A stretch of DNA of 64,000 nt from Chiloscyllium plagiosum (lineage: Eukaryota): the NCBI RefSeq assembly GCF_004010195.1, contig NC_057719.1, positions 72,700,088 to 72,764,087 on the forward strand. The letters are read 5' to 3'. Under the pieces are notes generated by a model that saw only the letters and a program-made list of their open reading frames with translations, was not told the origin of the DNA and did not search any database. This document shows, one piece after another, positions 50,411 through 63,245 of this stretch (its first letter is position 1; each line of letters opens with the position of its first letter). Position numbers and translations under genes: made by a program.

Positions 50411-50520
50411 GCCTATGGCCATACTAGTCTAAACACGCCCGATCTTGGAAGCTAAACAGACTCAGGCCTGGTTAGTACTTGGATGGGAGACTGCCTGGAA
50501 CGACCAGGTGCAGTAGGCTT
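50411..50520 (+). pseudogene. 5S rRNA pseudogene with a 10-nt internal deletion
   Basis: GCCTATGGCCATAC...CGCCCGATCT(del)TGGAAGCTAA...GGCCTGGTTAGTACTTGGATGGGAGAC...GTAGGCTT; box C intact. Confidence 0.88.
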
Positions 50521-50526
50521 AGAAGT

Positions 50527-50810
50527 GGGTGGCATGGTGGCACAGTGGTTAGCACTGCTGCCTCACAGTGCCAGAGACCTGGGTTCAATTCCTGCCTCAG
50601 GTGACTCTCTGTGTGGAGTTTGTACATTCTCCCCGTGTTTGCGAGGGTTTCCTCCAGATGCTCTGGTTTTCTCCCACAATCCAAAAATGTGCAGGTTAGG
50701 TGAATTGGCTCTGCTAAATTGCCCGTAGTGTTAGGGGAATGGGTTGTGGGTCGGTGTGGGCTTGTTGGGCCGAAGGACCTGTTTCCACACTGTAAGTAAT
50801 CTAATCTAAT
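50527..50810 (+). mobile_element. HE1-type SINE
   Basis: gggtggcatggtggcacagtggttagcactgctgcctcacag...gggttcaattcc...aatctaatctaat. Confidence 0.88.
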
Positions 50811-50862
50811 ATCATTTATGGCATTTTGATTTCAAAATCAAGAAATGGATAATGCCTACTTC

Positions 50863-51590
50863 TGTGACGAGTTTATGTTTAAGAAAACAAGAGTGGAGAG
50901 TCCTTCCAGAACACTGACCGAAATCCAACATTTGTCCCTCTGTGATATTGATGAAATATGCTTATGGTGCAGGAATTACAACAGGTACCTAAGGGAAACA
51001 GTTTAGATTGTTCGTTTTAATTTCAGTAATGAAGAATTGAAGATTGAGCAATTTTTAAAATTCAGTTCAGAAAACAAGATGATAAAGTTCAGAAGCAAGT
51101 TTGGTTACTCACGTAGATCGGTTCAGGGCTTAGCTTGTTACTCTTCCAAACCAAATGAATTTGGTCAGAAATCTGTAGGTTATTAAAACTGAAAAAGTTT
51201 AGGCTCTCAAATTCTTGAAATGTTCATGTAAGCAAAATTTGGAAGGGACTCATCAAGTTGGTACTATACAGAATCAGTTAGGTGGAAACTTAAAGATGTG
51301 TGCATAATTTCTTTGGATCAAGAGTCCCTTTAATGATAGTGTCAGAAAAAAGGTTCACAACTTTGCCTTGCTTCATGTTTTAAGATCCCTAACCCTGTCT
51401 CCTGTATTTGTATAGCTTGTTTTATTTTATGTAATAAACTTCTGTTATTAAAGAAAACAGCCTTATGTGAATTTGTTTCAGTGACTAAGCACCACATTGA
51501 CTAACTAACAAAAAACATATTTCTATCAAGCCAGATTTCATTCTGTGATCTCATTTGTCCAGTAGCACCATCAGCTGGGGACATATTGCA
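50863..51590 (+). mobile_element. Possible decayed solo LTR
   Basis: Starts TGTGACG; AATAAA at ~51433; its 3' end resembles 58480-58530; no clean TSD found. Confidence 0.35.
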
Positions 51591-53449
51591 AGATCAGAAG
51601 GTTAAACCCATTTAGCCACTTAAATGATTTTAGGCTTTTTGACTTCATACAATTGCACATTTTTGCATATGGCATAGAACTGATGTCAGTTTTTAATCTC
51701 CAAGTATAAATTTGTGGTCCAGTATCCTAGTCACTTTACTGAGAAGTTATGTTTTTTTAAGACGACAGTAAGGAAATCTCATAACCTATTTTCTGGCAAG
51801 TTTCTGAAGCATTTTAATATCATGACTTTATTCTAACTCTAGGGATCAGGACTGGTACCCTTCTACATTGCCTCTGGCTCATATGACAAAAAGTGGACAA
51901 GTGCTCCACTTCCTCTGACTAAAACTTTATTGTATCAGTTGTTAAGCATTCTTTTTACTTTATTAGTTCTTTGTATATTTTGAATGCCAACTGTACAATT
52001 AACCCAGATATCTTTCACCTACACTCTTAACAATTCATGGAATTTTCAAAGTTATGTTTTCTTTATTATATCTTGTTATGGTCACAGCTGATAGTACTGT
52101 TGGACAAGTCAGATTGCAGAAGTAAGTTTATTACACAAAATAAACAAGTAAGCAAAACTATAGGGAGAAGCCAAAGGTCCGACAAACAAAAACAAAATTT
52201 CAACCTGTTTTCCAATACGACCCATGAGAGACCATTCCAGAGAAAGCTCACTCCTGTCTCAGCTTTTTTAAAATCTGTATTTAATTGTCACTGTGCAATT
52301 TCTTTCCCATGGACTCAATCCATTTTTTACACTTTTTGTTTTGACTCTGATGACATGAACCTTTCACGATTCTGATTGTCTGAAGTTTTTTGTTTGAAGA
52401 TTTCTATCCAAGCTCTCTAGCTTGGAAGCTCCATGGACTAGAAATCAATTCTGCTGGGGTGACTAGTCCTGTAAACAGAGCTGATTCTGCAATTAGGACT
52501 AACTGTTCCACCTTCTGAACAATGGGTTTTTCTGAATTAAATAGTTAAGCCTTCTGTTCTGAGATCAAATCTAAACCTAAGATGTTATTCTGCCTGTCAT
52601 AAACCCAACAATATATACGTTTTGACCATTAACACTAGATTCTCCCAGGCATTCTACTGCAGCCATGTGCTTTTTTGGAGCTGCTGTGTTTGGGTCACTG
52701 ATTCACATTAACTATCCAATGTTCAAATAGAATTTTCACAGAACTGAACCATACCAATTCCCCTGTCTTGAAATTGAGATATAAAAGTACATATTATACA
52801 TCTTTCATCACACCCTAAAGGTATCTGCCTCAGCTTAGAGATCCTAGATAAAGATTGAGAAGAAGCAAATAGGAGACTACATCCTATCTATTCAGATATT
52901 AGATTTAGTGAACTCCTATAAATATACTTGGCTGGAACTCTGTAACAGTTCCCTGGAAATCTGCCCAGCTTGCTTATTGTGAAGCTACATATTTCAATGT
53001 AAATGACATAATTCCAATCATCCATTGATGGACATGCAAGAACTTTGTCCTTTAAAAGCTACAGAAACTGCTTATTCCCTTGTCTCTTCCAACAAGGCCG
53101 TCAATAAACTGGCGAATCGATAGCTAACACTCACAGCATTGAATGACAAATTCTAGTCAGGAATGTTCAAAAGGAACATAGCAGCACAATTCCCTAAAAC
53201 ATGGAAGTGTAATGATATCATCTTAACAGCAGGGCATAACTTTATCAAACAGTGATCTTATTAACTGAAGTTTCATAGAAACAAAGTGCAGAATTTTCTC
53301 CTGTTGTGGCATGAGTAAAAAGTCGCAAGATATGGAGAGAATGAAAAAGATCACTAGGGGCGTAGATAGGAAGAATTAGTAAAAGGGTCAATAACCAGGG
53401 TCATAGATGTAAAGAAAAGGACAGGAAATTTAGAGAGATTCAAGAAAGA

Positions 53450-53700
53450 CAAGTCCACACCGCCCCGCCGAAGCGCAACCCACCCATACCCCTTACCTAA
53501 CACTACGGGCAATTTAGCATGGCCAATTCACCTGACCTGCACATCTTTGGACTGTGGGAGGAAACCGGAGCACCCGGAGGAAACCAACGCAGACACGGGG
53601 AGAACGTGCAAACTCCACACAGTCGCCTGAGGCGGGAAATGAACCCGGGTCTCTGGCGCTGAGGCAGCAGTGCTAACCACTGTGCCACTATGCTGCCCAC
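53450..53700 (-). mobile_element. Young HE1-type SINE
   Basis: Near-consensus, CpG-rich SINE body (ORF 53503..53709 VAQWLALLPQ... is its read-through). Confidence 0.88.
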
Positions 53701-53789
53701 TAAGGACAACTGAAGGAAGATAGGATGTCTGATGGAAAGAGGGGAACAATAATTTTGTCATGAAATGTAGAGTTGTGATAGAGATGTTT

Positions 53790-55180
53790 CTCAGGGACAG
53801 GTGGTTGAGACAATCCACGGTGAGATCCTTGGTGTTAAACTGAGGGCACTGGGCAGAGGTAGAACAGAGCTGAAAATGTGTTGCTGGAAAAGCCCTTCTA
53901 TGCCCGCTACGCTTTTCCAGCAACACATTTTCAGCTCTGATCTCCAGCATCTGCAGCCCTCACTTTCTCTCAGAGGTAGAACAGAGACAGCAACTCGCCC
54001 CCTCATCAGGGAAAGAGCACACAACGCTGTATATTCCTCCAACATGACAAATGCTGAAGAAGTCTGGGATTAATTCTGTGAAGACACCCAGTCCTTGATT
54101 GCTGCTGTATCAAAGTCAGACAAGATGATTATTTGATAACTTCAACATGTGTTGATGCAGATCACCCAGTGAGGGAAGGGGCCATCCAGGGAAAAAAAAC
54201 AGGGCTGGCAATTGTAACAGCTCTAGTGTCCTCTTATTGAAGATGTGTGCTGAGCATGACCCACCTCTTAATCACCAACCCTTTTACTGCTTTCATCACC
54301 ACAAGGTGTCGGATGTATCCCCATTCCATGCACTAGTAACTCATTGATAGTCATTACCAAGTGGGAAAGAAGCAGGCTGTGCGTCTAACAAAAAAACCCA
54401 GCACTGACAACTGAGTTATCATTTCAAAGCTAAACAGCACTCTTGAGGTCATCAAGGTATGAAAATCCAAAAGTATCGCAACATCTTAAGGTTCACACAG
54501 CCAAGAAGAAACCTGAGAAATGAATGACTCCTGGGTATGGTGAAAATGGACACTGTCAACTGTACGGGCCAATGGAAGATAACAGAAAAATTCAGTTTCA
54601 TCACAATGGTTTGACGGTCTCACATGATGTCATACTTCTAGATAATAGTGATTCTTCCTAGTGACTAAATGACTGAAATAGGACTGTGTGCTAGCATCAT
54701 CCCTCTTCAACGTTTTCTTCAATATGCTGTCTGATGGCATCCAAGATGGTGATCCTGGCATCATAACTGGACACTTCAGACACATTGACTGGAATAGTTT
54801 TGGATTGAGCAAAGTCATAAATCTCCACAAAAAAATGGTGCCAACTCAGCTGGACATAAAAATGTAGCAGTGTAGCAGCCTGTTCTAGGAAAGCCCCATC
54901 TTGAGTAGTGTTTCAGTCCAGGACCAGAACCTATAAGCAGTGTGTGTATTCATTTACAATGATCTCGTCATCAATATTGACAAAATGAACAAGTCTGCTA
55001 ATCAAACTTTGTAGCACTCCGTTATATGCATGAGACTTTGACTGTTATGCCAAGCAGCACAATTATTACGATTTGAGCTGGTTTCCGAAGATCGGATGGC
55101 AGGGCAAAACACCATACAACAAGATGCTCATCTGAGTTGACATGCCAAACATTCACATCATTCTGAGGCATCACAACCGA
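53790..55180 (+). mobile_element. Highly decayed RTE-clade LINE remnant, with an inverted Penelope piece at 53864-53970
   Basis: Degenerate HPxSxHWxLID-like sequence (~54310-54350) and GVKQGCVLAPxLF-like sequence (~54670-54725). Confidence 0.55.
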
Positions 55181-56212
55181 GTGGACTTTTTCTAGCTACC
55201 ACCTGTTCTGATGAAGAGTCACTGGACTCAAAGGTTTACTCTGCTTTCTCACTGCAGATGCTGCCAGAAATTTCTGGTTTTGGTTCAATGACTGCAGACT
55301 CTGGTCTGTTTATGAATTGTTCTGATATCGTGTATTGGATTTTGGTCTGGACCATAATCAAGTCAATCACAGCCTCTGGTCATATGTAGTGTGATTTATG
55401 AGTCCCTAATGTAGTTACAGCACACACTCTTCTCCATTTAAACAGTTATGTTTGATTTTCTTGGTGACAAAATGCGATTGCACTAGAAGGGAACAGGGTC
55501 AGATGTTGCTCGAATTGAAGAATTTGAAATAAAAAGGAAAGGTTGTTTAGGCTGGCATGTTTCTTTGGGTAGAGGAGGCTGACGAGAGATGTAAACAAAG
55601 TGTAGAAAATTATGAGGGCTTTAGAAGAGAGAAAGGTCTTTGGATGATGGTCCATCAAAAGAGCATGAATTTAAGTTGAAAGTTATAACATTTTGATAAG
55701 TTAAGTTTCATGCAGAGGGTGGTGGGATCTGATACTAATTGCCTAAAAAGACAACAGAGGCGGAAATGCCTATAATTTTCAAACATTCTTGGGAGATATA
55801 CTTGGCGTACTTTTACCTACAAGGTTATAGACCATGAGTACATAAATGGGATTAGGCTGGATTGCTATCTGTCAATTGCCAGGTACACATTGATCTTCTT
55901 TCATAACACAATTGCAATTTGACCAAGTGTACTTTCATTAAAAAAAATCAAAAGGAACAGAATTTGAGCACTTTTGAAGTACTTTGCAGTAATGTTCTAA
56001 ACAATCACCTCCAGTATAAAATTGATAAATCCTTGAAATTTTTTTTTGTCCACATATTCTGGCCAACGAAGAATTAGCCTTTTCAACTTAACACTGGGGA
56101 AACTTTTTATGTACCAGTATAACTAATTCATAAATGTAATACCCTCACACACTAAACATTTTTAATGAGCTTGTATCCAGAAGTGTTACCTGATTAACTC
56201 TACAGTGATTCA

Positions 56213-56705
56213 GAGTCATAGAGCCGTAGAGATATGCAGCACAGAAACAACCATGCCGACCTGATATCCTAACCTAATGTAGTTCTATTTGCCAGCACTT
56301 GGCCCATATCCCTCTTAAATCTTTCCTACTCATATACCCATCCAGATGCCCTTTAAATGCTGTAATTGTACCAGCCTCCACCATTTCCTCTGGCAGCTCA
56401 TTCCATACACACACCATCCTCCGCATGAAAAAGTTGCCCCTTAGGTCTCTCAAATTCTTCCCCTCTCATTCTTAACCTATGTCCCATAGTTCTGGACTCT
56501 CCCATCTCAGTGAAACAACATTGTTTAATTACTCAAGTCATGCCCCGCACGATTTCATAAATCTCTCAGGTCACCCTTCAGCCTCCAATGTTCCAGGGAA
56601 AACAGCCCACACTATTCAGTCTCTCCCGAGACCTAGGGTCAAACCCTCTGACCCTAGCAACATCCTTGTAAATCTTTTCTAACGCTTTCAAGTTTCATAA
56701 CATTC
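56213..56705 (-). mobile_element. CR1/HER1 3' fragment
   Basis: Same 3' UTR family as 12025 and 29057. Confidence 0.85.
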
Positions 56706-58053
56706 TTCCACTAGTTCTGTATAGAAAAAAAAAAAGACGTGGGACTATTTGGTCTATAAAAATCACAGTCTGATAGAACTAGAATTCAAGAGGTATATAA
56801 TCCAAGGATTAAATGCACCCATGAAAACAATGAAGGCTGTTTGAAATTAATAAATATGTTTCAAAGCTAAATAAACAAATAAACAGATGTATTTTTAACT
56901 ATAGTTCAAGACAAGTTTTTACTATAGTTAATTTTCCTCTTTCTATCCTTGAAGAGACATGAACAGGTTAGAAAAGCTATCCAAAGGCTGCAGAGCAAAA
57001 TGATACCTCTTTGCCTAAGGATCTAGAGATCAGACATGTCTCAAGCTAAAGTCTAGGTAGCTCCAGCAGTTTGAGACAGAACTCGATTCAGAGGGGAGAT
57101 TGAAACAAAGTTTAATGTTCACACATTTCTCAGTGGAAAAGCTTATTACATTTGAGTGATAGCAGATCCTAAACAAAAGTAACTTCATACACAGGAAATA
57201 CTTGGTTCTAAGCTTCTGAACAAAGAAAAATAAATAAAAGATTCTACTATATTGGGCCAATCTTAGAAATCACAGGGCTGTGTAAATACAAGATTGGCAG
57301 GAAGGCAGGCCTGGACCCGTATTTGCAGAAGCCGGATGATGGTAACAAACTGCAAATGGACATGGGGCCTCCCACCTCAAAGTTTCCTTTCTCTACAGTG
57401 GAAGGTCACCTGCAGAAGCTGGTGGAAAGGGCTATTCTTGGGCATTTGCACATTTGGTAATGAAATACGTAAAGACCAGAGCGGTGAGAAAGTTGAAATA
57501 AATGAAGTAACTAATTTCAGTATCAGGTCAATAAGCTTCTAGCTTGAAATTTTGGTGTCGAACTTACCTAATTACCTAATACTTTGATTTGTGTTATAGT
57601 GCATAATATATACTATCATTATTTTAAAATCCAAAGCCAAATGGAGGGAGGTGGATTTTAGTTTGCTTTGTGATGGCGTTTTTGCTAATGATCAAAAGTA
57701 ATTTGCAAGTAACCTAAATACAGAATTTCCAATAACGTAAATGACTCAAGATAAATACCTGGCAGGACACATGATGATAATGGATGAAATGTTTATACTG
57801 TTGAGTTTTACCAATAGACCAAACACAATTAGTTTAGCTTCTGACTCAAGTTCAAAAGGGAGAAGAGTTTTCACCTGGCAGGAGAACAAAACATTCAGTT
57901 CAGTTTAAGAGTGCCAGTCACCCTAGTCAAAGTGTTTTTAGATTGTGGAGCTTTAAGGCTGGAACAACTTTTGTAAAAGCCTTCATGTTTGAATCAGAAT
58001 GGTTTAGGACATCAGAATTGTGAAAGGTTAAGGTCAGCAGGCTGAAAGGCCCT

Positions 58054-58180
58054 TTCCTGAAGAAGGGCCTGTGCCCGAAACGTCGAATCTCCTGTTCCCT
58101 GGATGCTGCCTGACCTGCTGTGCTGTTCCAGCAATAAAGTTTCAACTTTGATCTCCAGCATCTGCAGACCTCACTTTCTC
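58054..58180 (+). mobile_element. Penelope-like terminus with a complete minimal hammerhead core
   Basis: TTC CTGAAGA A GGGC CTGT GCCC GAAA CGTC GAA; flanked by ctgaaagg direct repeats. Confidence 0.78.
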
Positions 58181-59573
58181 CTGAAAGGAATTGTAAAACT
58201 GTCTCACTAGTCCAAGGAAAATAAACTGGGAAGAATCTGTTAAGAATGAATTTGAAGAGTTAAGAGTGTATTTCTCTGGAATAAAATATCTATAAAAGGT
58301 AGTGAGAAACAGATTGAAAGTTTGTTTTGCTATTTGTGACAAGATTTTTTCAACTTGTATTATTTATATAGAGCTTTTTTGGTAAAATAGACTTTTATTT
58401 AAAACAAATGTAGCATTGTGTGACTATGTTTCAGGGACTACCATCATTATAAATCAATTTGCAAAAATAAAATAACTGATCAAACCAAGTTTAATTCTCA
58501 AATCCAGTACAAACAGCTAGGGTCATCACTTTAGTAATTCCTTGACCATGAAACAACTATGGATGTCCCAAAAATGTGAAAGGAAAGACAAAGCAAATTC
58601 CATTTGTTTTGTTACTAAACATTTAGTTGATGCGAAAGAGGCACTTCTGCACCTGACCCAAACAAAAATCACTAAATTACAAAGCTTAAATCAACAGTTA
58701 TAAAAAAGGCAGATCACTCATATACTTTGCAAATATTTTAATGATTATTTTAAGCATACACATTTGAAAATAGTTTGTGTGACTTGAAACTGCAACTCGA
58801 GTTAAATAAATGTTTATAATATACAAAGAAATACAGGGGAAAGCTTAGCTTGCTTTAACATGTGCCTTGCACCTAGAACCAGTGTTTCTAGCTTACTGTA
58901 AAATTGCACAAATGCATTCAAGGATTTGATCTTCAGAGCAGGACATGAAAGACTGAAAACATACGCACACCAAACAAACGAAAAGAAAAACAAAGCTTAT
59001 TCATGATTGTATACTAAAAAGGATAGCAAGTAAAATTTTAATACTCAAATAAACAGTGCAGGCACTACTAAACAGGAAATGCTTTGGAAGAAATGCCCAT
59101 TCACTCTCTACATTACAATTCTACACAAGCAGGTTCTTGACCAATAGCAAGAGGCCAGCAAAGGAGGTCAAAAAAGTGGCATCTGTAGTGAACCCAGGTA
59201 CCAATTGCTGTGCTTAATAAACTGAATAAAACACGATGCATTGTCAGAAATTAAACACTGAAAATATGACAAAAACTGCTCTTAGGAACATTTACAGGAC
59301 CGTCCCAGCTTCCAGTCTCATAAGCCCTTGAAGCAGCACACAGTGCTCTGTGTCATAATATTTGCTGGCCTTGTAATTATTAACAGGATAAGTTTGTTCC
59401 TGCCAAAACATTAGCAGCTAAGAGTTATTCATTATGGTTCTCTTTAAAGCCTCAAAAAGTAGGCAAGCTGTATCCAATTACAGCTGGATATAAACATTTT
59501 TTCACACAAACACGAGAGGCTTTTCTAGTTTCAGATTCAGTGTTCTGTTCAGTATCCATCAATGTTCATTTAA

Positions 59574-59711
59574 TCAATTAAGATGAAAACCTTTCTCCAT
59601 TGTAGCAGCTAGCAAACGTTCTCTCATAATTTCCTCAGAGGAGTATTCAGGCAATTTAAGGTAGTGCACACATGTATTTACTGATGGATAACTTGCATCT
59701 GTTGCATCAAC
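59574..59711 (-). CDS. HECTD1: HECTD1 last coding exon (HECT C-lobe with catalytic Cys)
   Basis: tttag|[48 protein letters not shown]. Confidence 0.96.
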
Positions 59712-59895
59712 CTAAATCAAAAAAATATGTTAAAATGCATCCCTTGGGTCATTTAATGTATCATATTTAGTACTTCCAACCATGTAGATCTTTGTAAACC
59801 AAAGCAGATTTGGATCATTATCATTTTTAAAGTGGAGATATTTCATTACACGTTTTAGCAGTTTTCATATCTTCCAACATAATTTGGTTACATAC

Positions 59896-60040
59896 CTTCC
59901 GAACAATTGTGAGCCGTGGATGAAGATTGGCCAGACCACCTGGTGGAAGAGTGGAACATCCTGTGGTGAACTGTAGAAATGCCTTCCTTTCATCTGATGA
60001 CATCCCACAAAGAACTTTAATAAATCGAATGAACCCTGGG
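59896..60040 (-). CDS. HECTD1: HECTD1 penultimate coding exon
   Basis: cag|(S)[48 protein letters not shown]|gtatg. Confidence 0.96.
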
Positions 60041-60647
60041 CTGAGGACAATGAAGAAAAAAATTCAATAAAAAATACTGAAAGTGATTCCTTTATCCTAC
60101 ATTTAGCAAGTGGTATAAATTGTACTAAGTTCACGCAGAAGTTTACATAAATAAAGAAACTGAACATGAGGGAGCTGTAACCCTAAAATTGGAAAAAAAA
60201 AAATGACCCAAAATGCTCTTGGCCACATGTTCAATATGAATGCTTCCAACACTGTTATTATTCTAGATTTCCAATGCCTGCAGAATTTTGCTTTTATGTT
60301 GAAGCATTTTTCTATCCCCAGAAGAGTCACTCTTTGATTTCTGAGACTTGCAACGAAGTCTTGGCCAATGCAGACAAAAGATGAGTCAAATGGCCTCTCT
60401 GTATAATAAATGTCCTAAAATTCTTAACTGAACTGGACTGTATTTGACAAGAAAGATTATCATCTACATACATTATCCAAAGTGAAATATAAATCCACAA
60501 AACATTACTGGTCAACTTATTCAAGACAATGATGTAAAGGTAATTGGGGGCAAAAAGTAAAAAAAAAAATGGTATTTAGGTCAACAGTTCTAAAGTTTGC
60601 AAGCTGAATCGGTACAGCAGAATTGACAACCTGGCTCTCTCAAGTAC

Positions 60648-60798
60648 CTATCTCGGGTGTAGCCCAATTTGGGTTCTGTATAATTAATGATATCCTCTGC
60701 AGTCCAAGATGGTGACTGGTTTCCACAAAGGATCATTTGAACTTCTTCATGGCTGAAAGAGCTCAGCTTTTCCATAGGAAAGACACGATTGAATCCAT
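60648..60798 (-). CDS. HECTD1: HECTD1 HECT-domain exon
   Basis: cag|(D)[49 protein letters not shown](S)|gtact; phases match both neighbours. Confidence 0.96.
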
Positions 60799-61042
60799 CT
60801 GGAAATGAGGAAGAATGATAAACACCATACGTAAGTTGACACTTTTTATAGTTGAGTCATTCAATTTACATTTGCCCTCATTAACCTTATTAGCTTTAGA
60901 GAAGATTAGTTCACTCAATGGCAGGATAGTATATCAATTGACCAAAACACTATTATATCAATAGATAATCACGTTTAAATATAATTTCTCAACTTCTTAT
61001 TTCTCTTCAAACGTCATGTCTTCAATAGTTAAATAAAGCTAG

Positions 61043-61775
61043 CTATAATTGGAGTGCCGTCACTAGCGGTGTTCCGCAGGGATCTGTTTTGGGACCATTG
61101 CTGTTTGTCATTTTTATAAATGACCTGGAGGAGGGGTTAGAAGGTTGGGTGAGCAAGTTTGCAGATGATACGAAAGTCGGAGGAGTTGTAGACAGTGAGG
61201 AAGGATGGAGTTCCGGAGTGCTGAGGTCATGTTGCAGTTGTATAAGACTCTGGTGCGGCTGCATCTGGAGTATTGTGTGCAGTTTTGGTTGCCATACTAT
61301 AGGAAGGATGTGGAGGTACTGGAACGGGTGCAGAGGAGGTTTACCAGTATGTTTCCTGGTATGGTAGAAAGAACATATGAGGACAGGCTGAGGCACTTGG
61401 GGTTGTTTTCATTGGAGAAAAGAAGGTTTGGGGTGACTTGATAGAGGTGTATAAGATGATTAGGGGTTTAGATAGGTTCGACAGTGAGAATCTTTTTCCA
61501 CGTATGGAGTCAGCTATTACGAGGGGGCATAGCTTTAAATTAAGGGGGGGTAGGTATAGGACAGATGTTAGGGGTAGGTTCTTTACTCAGCGAGTCGTGA
61601 GTTCGTGGAATGCCCTGCCAGTAGCAGTGGTGGACTCTCCCTCATTATGGGCATTTAAGTGGGCATTGGATAGGCATATGGAGGATAGTGGGCTAGTGTA
61701 GGTTAGGTGGGCTTGGATCGGCGCAACATCGAGGGCCGAAGGGCCTGTACTGCGCTGTATTCTTCTATGTTCTAT
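61043..61775 (+). mobile_element. CR1 LINE 3' fragment with an internal deletion, in a HECTD1 intron
   Basis: [20 protein letters not shown]...[21 protein letters not shown]; ttctatgttctat tail. Confidence 0.9.
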
Positions 61776-61994
61776 AATTCATGCAATATCCAAGCAATTC
61801 TTGCTATTGACACTGTTCATCATTTGCTCTAACCAAACCCCAGCTTGTTCTGAATCGGTGTAACTTGGTGGATTTGGACATTAATTGCTCACTGAAGCTG
61901 CCACAGGAAGTGGTCGTAATTAAAGCTCAAGCAACCTTCTAATGATGTATTCTGTTCCTCAATGTTAGCACATTCACGATTAAAAGGGCATTAC

Positions 61995-62088
61995 CTCTGA
62001 AAGCATCCATCTGCTTTTGTATTCCAGTGTGCATGCAGAAGTCAAACATCAATTCTACATACTCTTCTGCATTGTCTATTGTTACCAT
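61995..62088 (-). CDS. HECTD1: HECTD1 HECT-domain exon
   Basis: ttttag|[31 protein letters not shown](D)|gtaat. Confidence 0.95.
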
Positions 62089-62497
62089 CTAAAATAGAAG
62101 AATGCTAGATCAATCCAAAATCGACCAAAAATAAAAAAGCAAACAATAACATTTCATTGCAATTACTTTAGGTACACATTCCCCTCTCTTACTGAAGCAC
62201 AGATAAGCAAATTTAGGACAAAACACAAGATTGAGTAGGGCAGAAACCCTAGACTGTAATGTGTTACCCAATGAAACAAAGGGGGGGGTAGGGGGTGGCA
62301 GCATAAAGGAGGGAGAGAGGAGGCGCAACCGCGTGCTACATGGGAAAAAAGACAGAGGGGCAGGCAAGGGGGAGAGAGAAAGAGCGAGCCAGAGAGTGGA
62401 GAGGAAGGAGACAGAGCAAGAACAAGAGTGGAGACTGGGTTAAAAACAAAATAACAATATTTCTTCCTCAGTAAGATCTGAAACGTTTACCACTGAC

Positions 62498-62576
62498 CTC
62501 ATCATCACCATTTGGCTTCAAATCAACAGCTGTAAATCCATGTACTTTGGATGAAGGACAAAACTGAAAATTCAGC
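62498..62576 (-). CDS. HECTD1: HECTD1 HECT-domain exon (most upstream exon found in the window)
   Basis: ttgcag|(G)[26 protein letters not shown]|gtcagt. Confidence 0.94.
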
Positions 62577-62784
62577 CTGCAAGATTTGGGAAAATAACAA
62601 AACAGTTAAAAATACCTAATGTTTTAATAGTTGGCTTCAAATGATTTCAAGTAGAAGCATTTTGCATTTAGCCCAAAACATATTTTTGCTCATTTTCCCA
62701 TTTCCTCAAATCTTTTGGATTGTGTGCATCTGACGGGACAACCAGATTAGTAGACTGATGTAGGTAAACATGTATGATTGGAAT

Positions 62785-63245
62785 CAGAGTCATTCAACAT
62801 GGAAACAGACCCTTTGGCCCAACTCATTCATGCCGACCAGGTATCCCAAACTGATCTCATCCCATTTGCCTGCATTTGGCCCATATCCCTCTAAACCTTT
62901 CTTATCAATGAACCTATCCAAATGTCTTTTAAATGTTATTAATGTATTCGCCTTACCACTTGCTCTGGCAGCTTGTTCCATAAAAGCACCACTGTGTGAA
63001 AATGTTGCACCTCGGGTCCCTTTTAATCTTTCCCCTCTTACCTTAAACCTACACCCTCTAGTTTTAGACCCTCCTAATATCGGGTAAAGACCTTGGCTAT
63101 TCACCTTACCTGCGTCCCTCATGATTTGACAACCTCAATAAAAAGTCACCCCTAAGCACCTTATGTTCCAAGGAAAAAAACATATCCCAGCCTATACAGC
63201 ATCTCCTTATACTCTAACCCTCCAGGCTTGGTAACATCCTTGTAA
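62785..63245 (-). mobile_element. CR1/HER1 3' fragment
   Basis: ORF 62790..63122 (GSKTRGCRFKVRGERLKG, TFKRHLDRFIDKKGLEGYG). Confidence 0.85.

Noticed and set aside
50310..50520. Functional tRNA-Pro and 5S rRNA genes
   Set aside because: The tRNA has D- and T-arm mutations, and the 5S copy has a 10-nt deletion and no T-run terminator; both are called pseudogenes.
57669..58530. Possible third solo LTR (TGTGATG...CATCAC)
   Set aside because: Termini are imperfect and there is no clean TSD, so boundaries cannot be supported.
59865..60167. 100-aa ORF overlapping a HECTD1 exon
   Set aside because: It is an alternative frame of the real exon; splice phases support the HECT reading frame.
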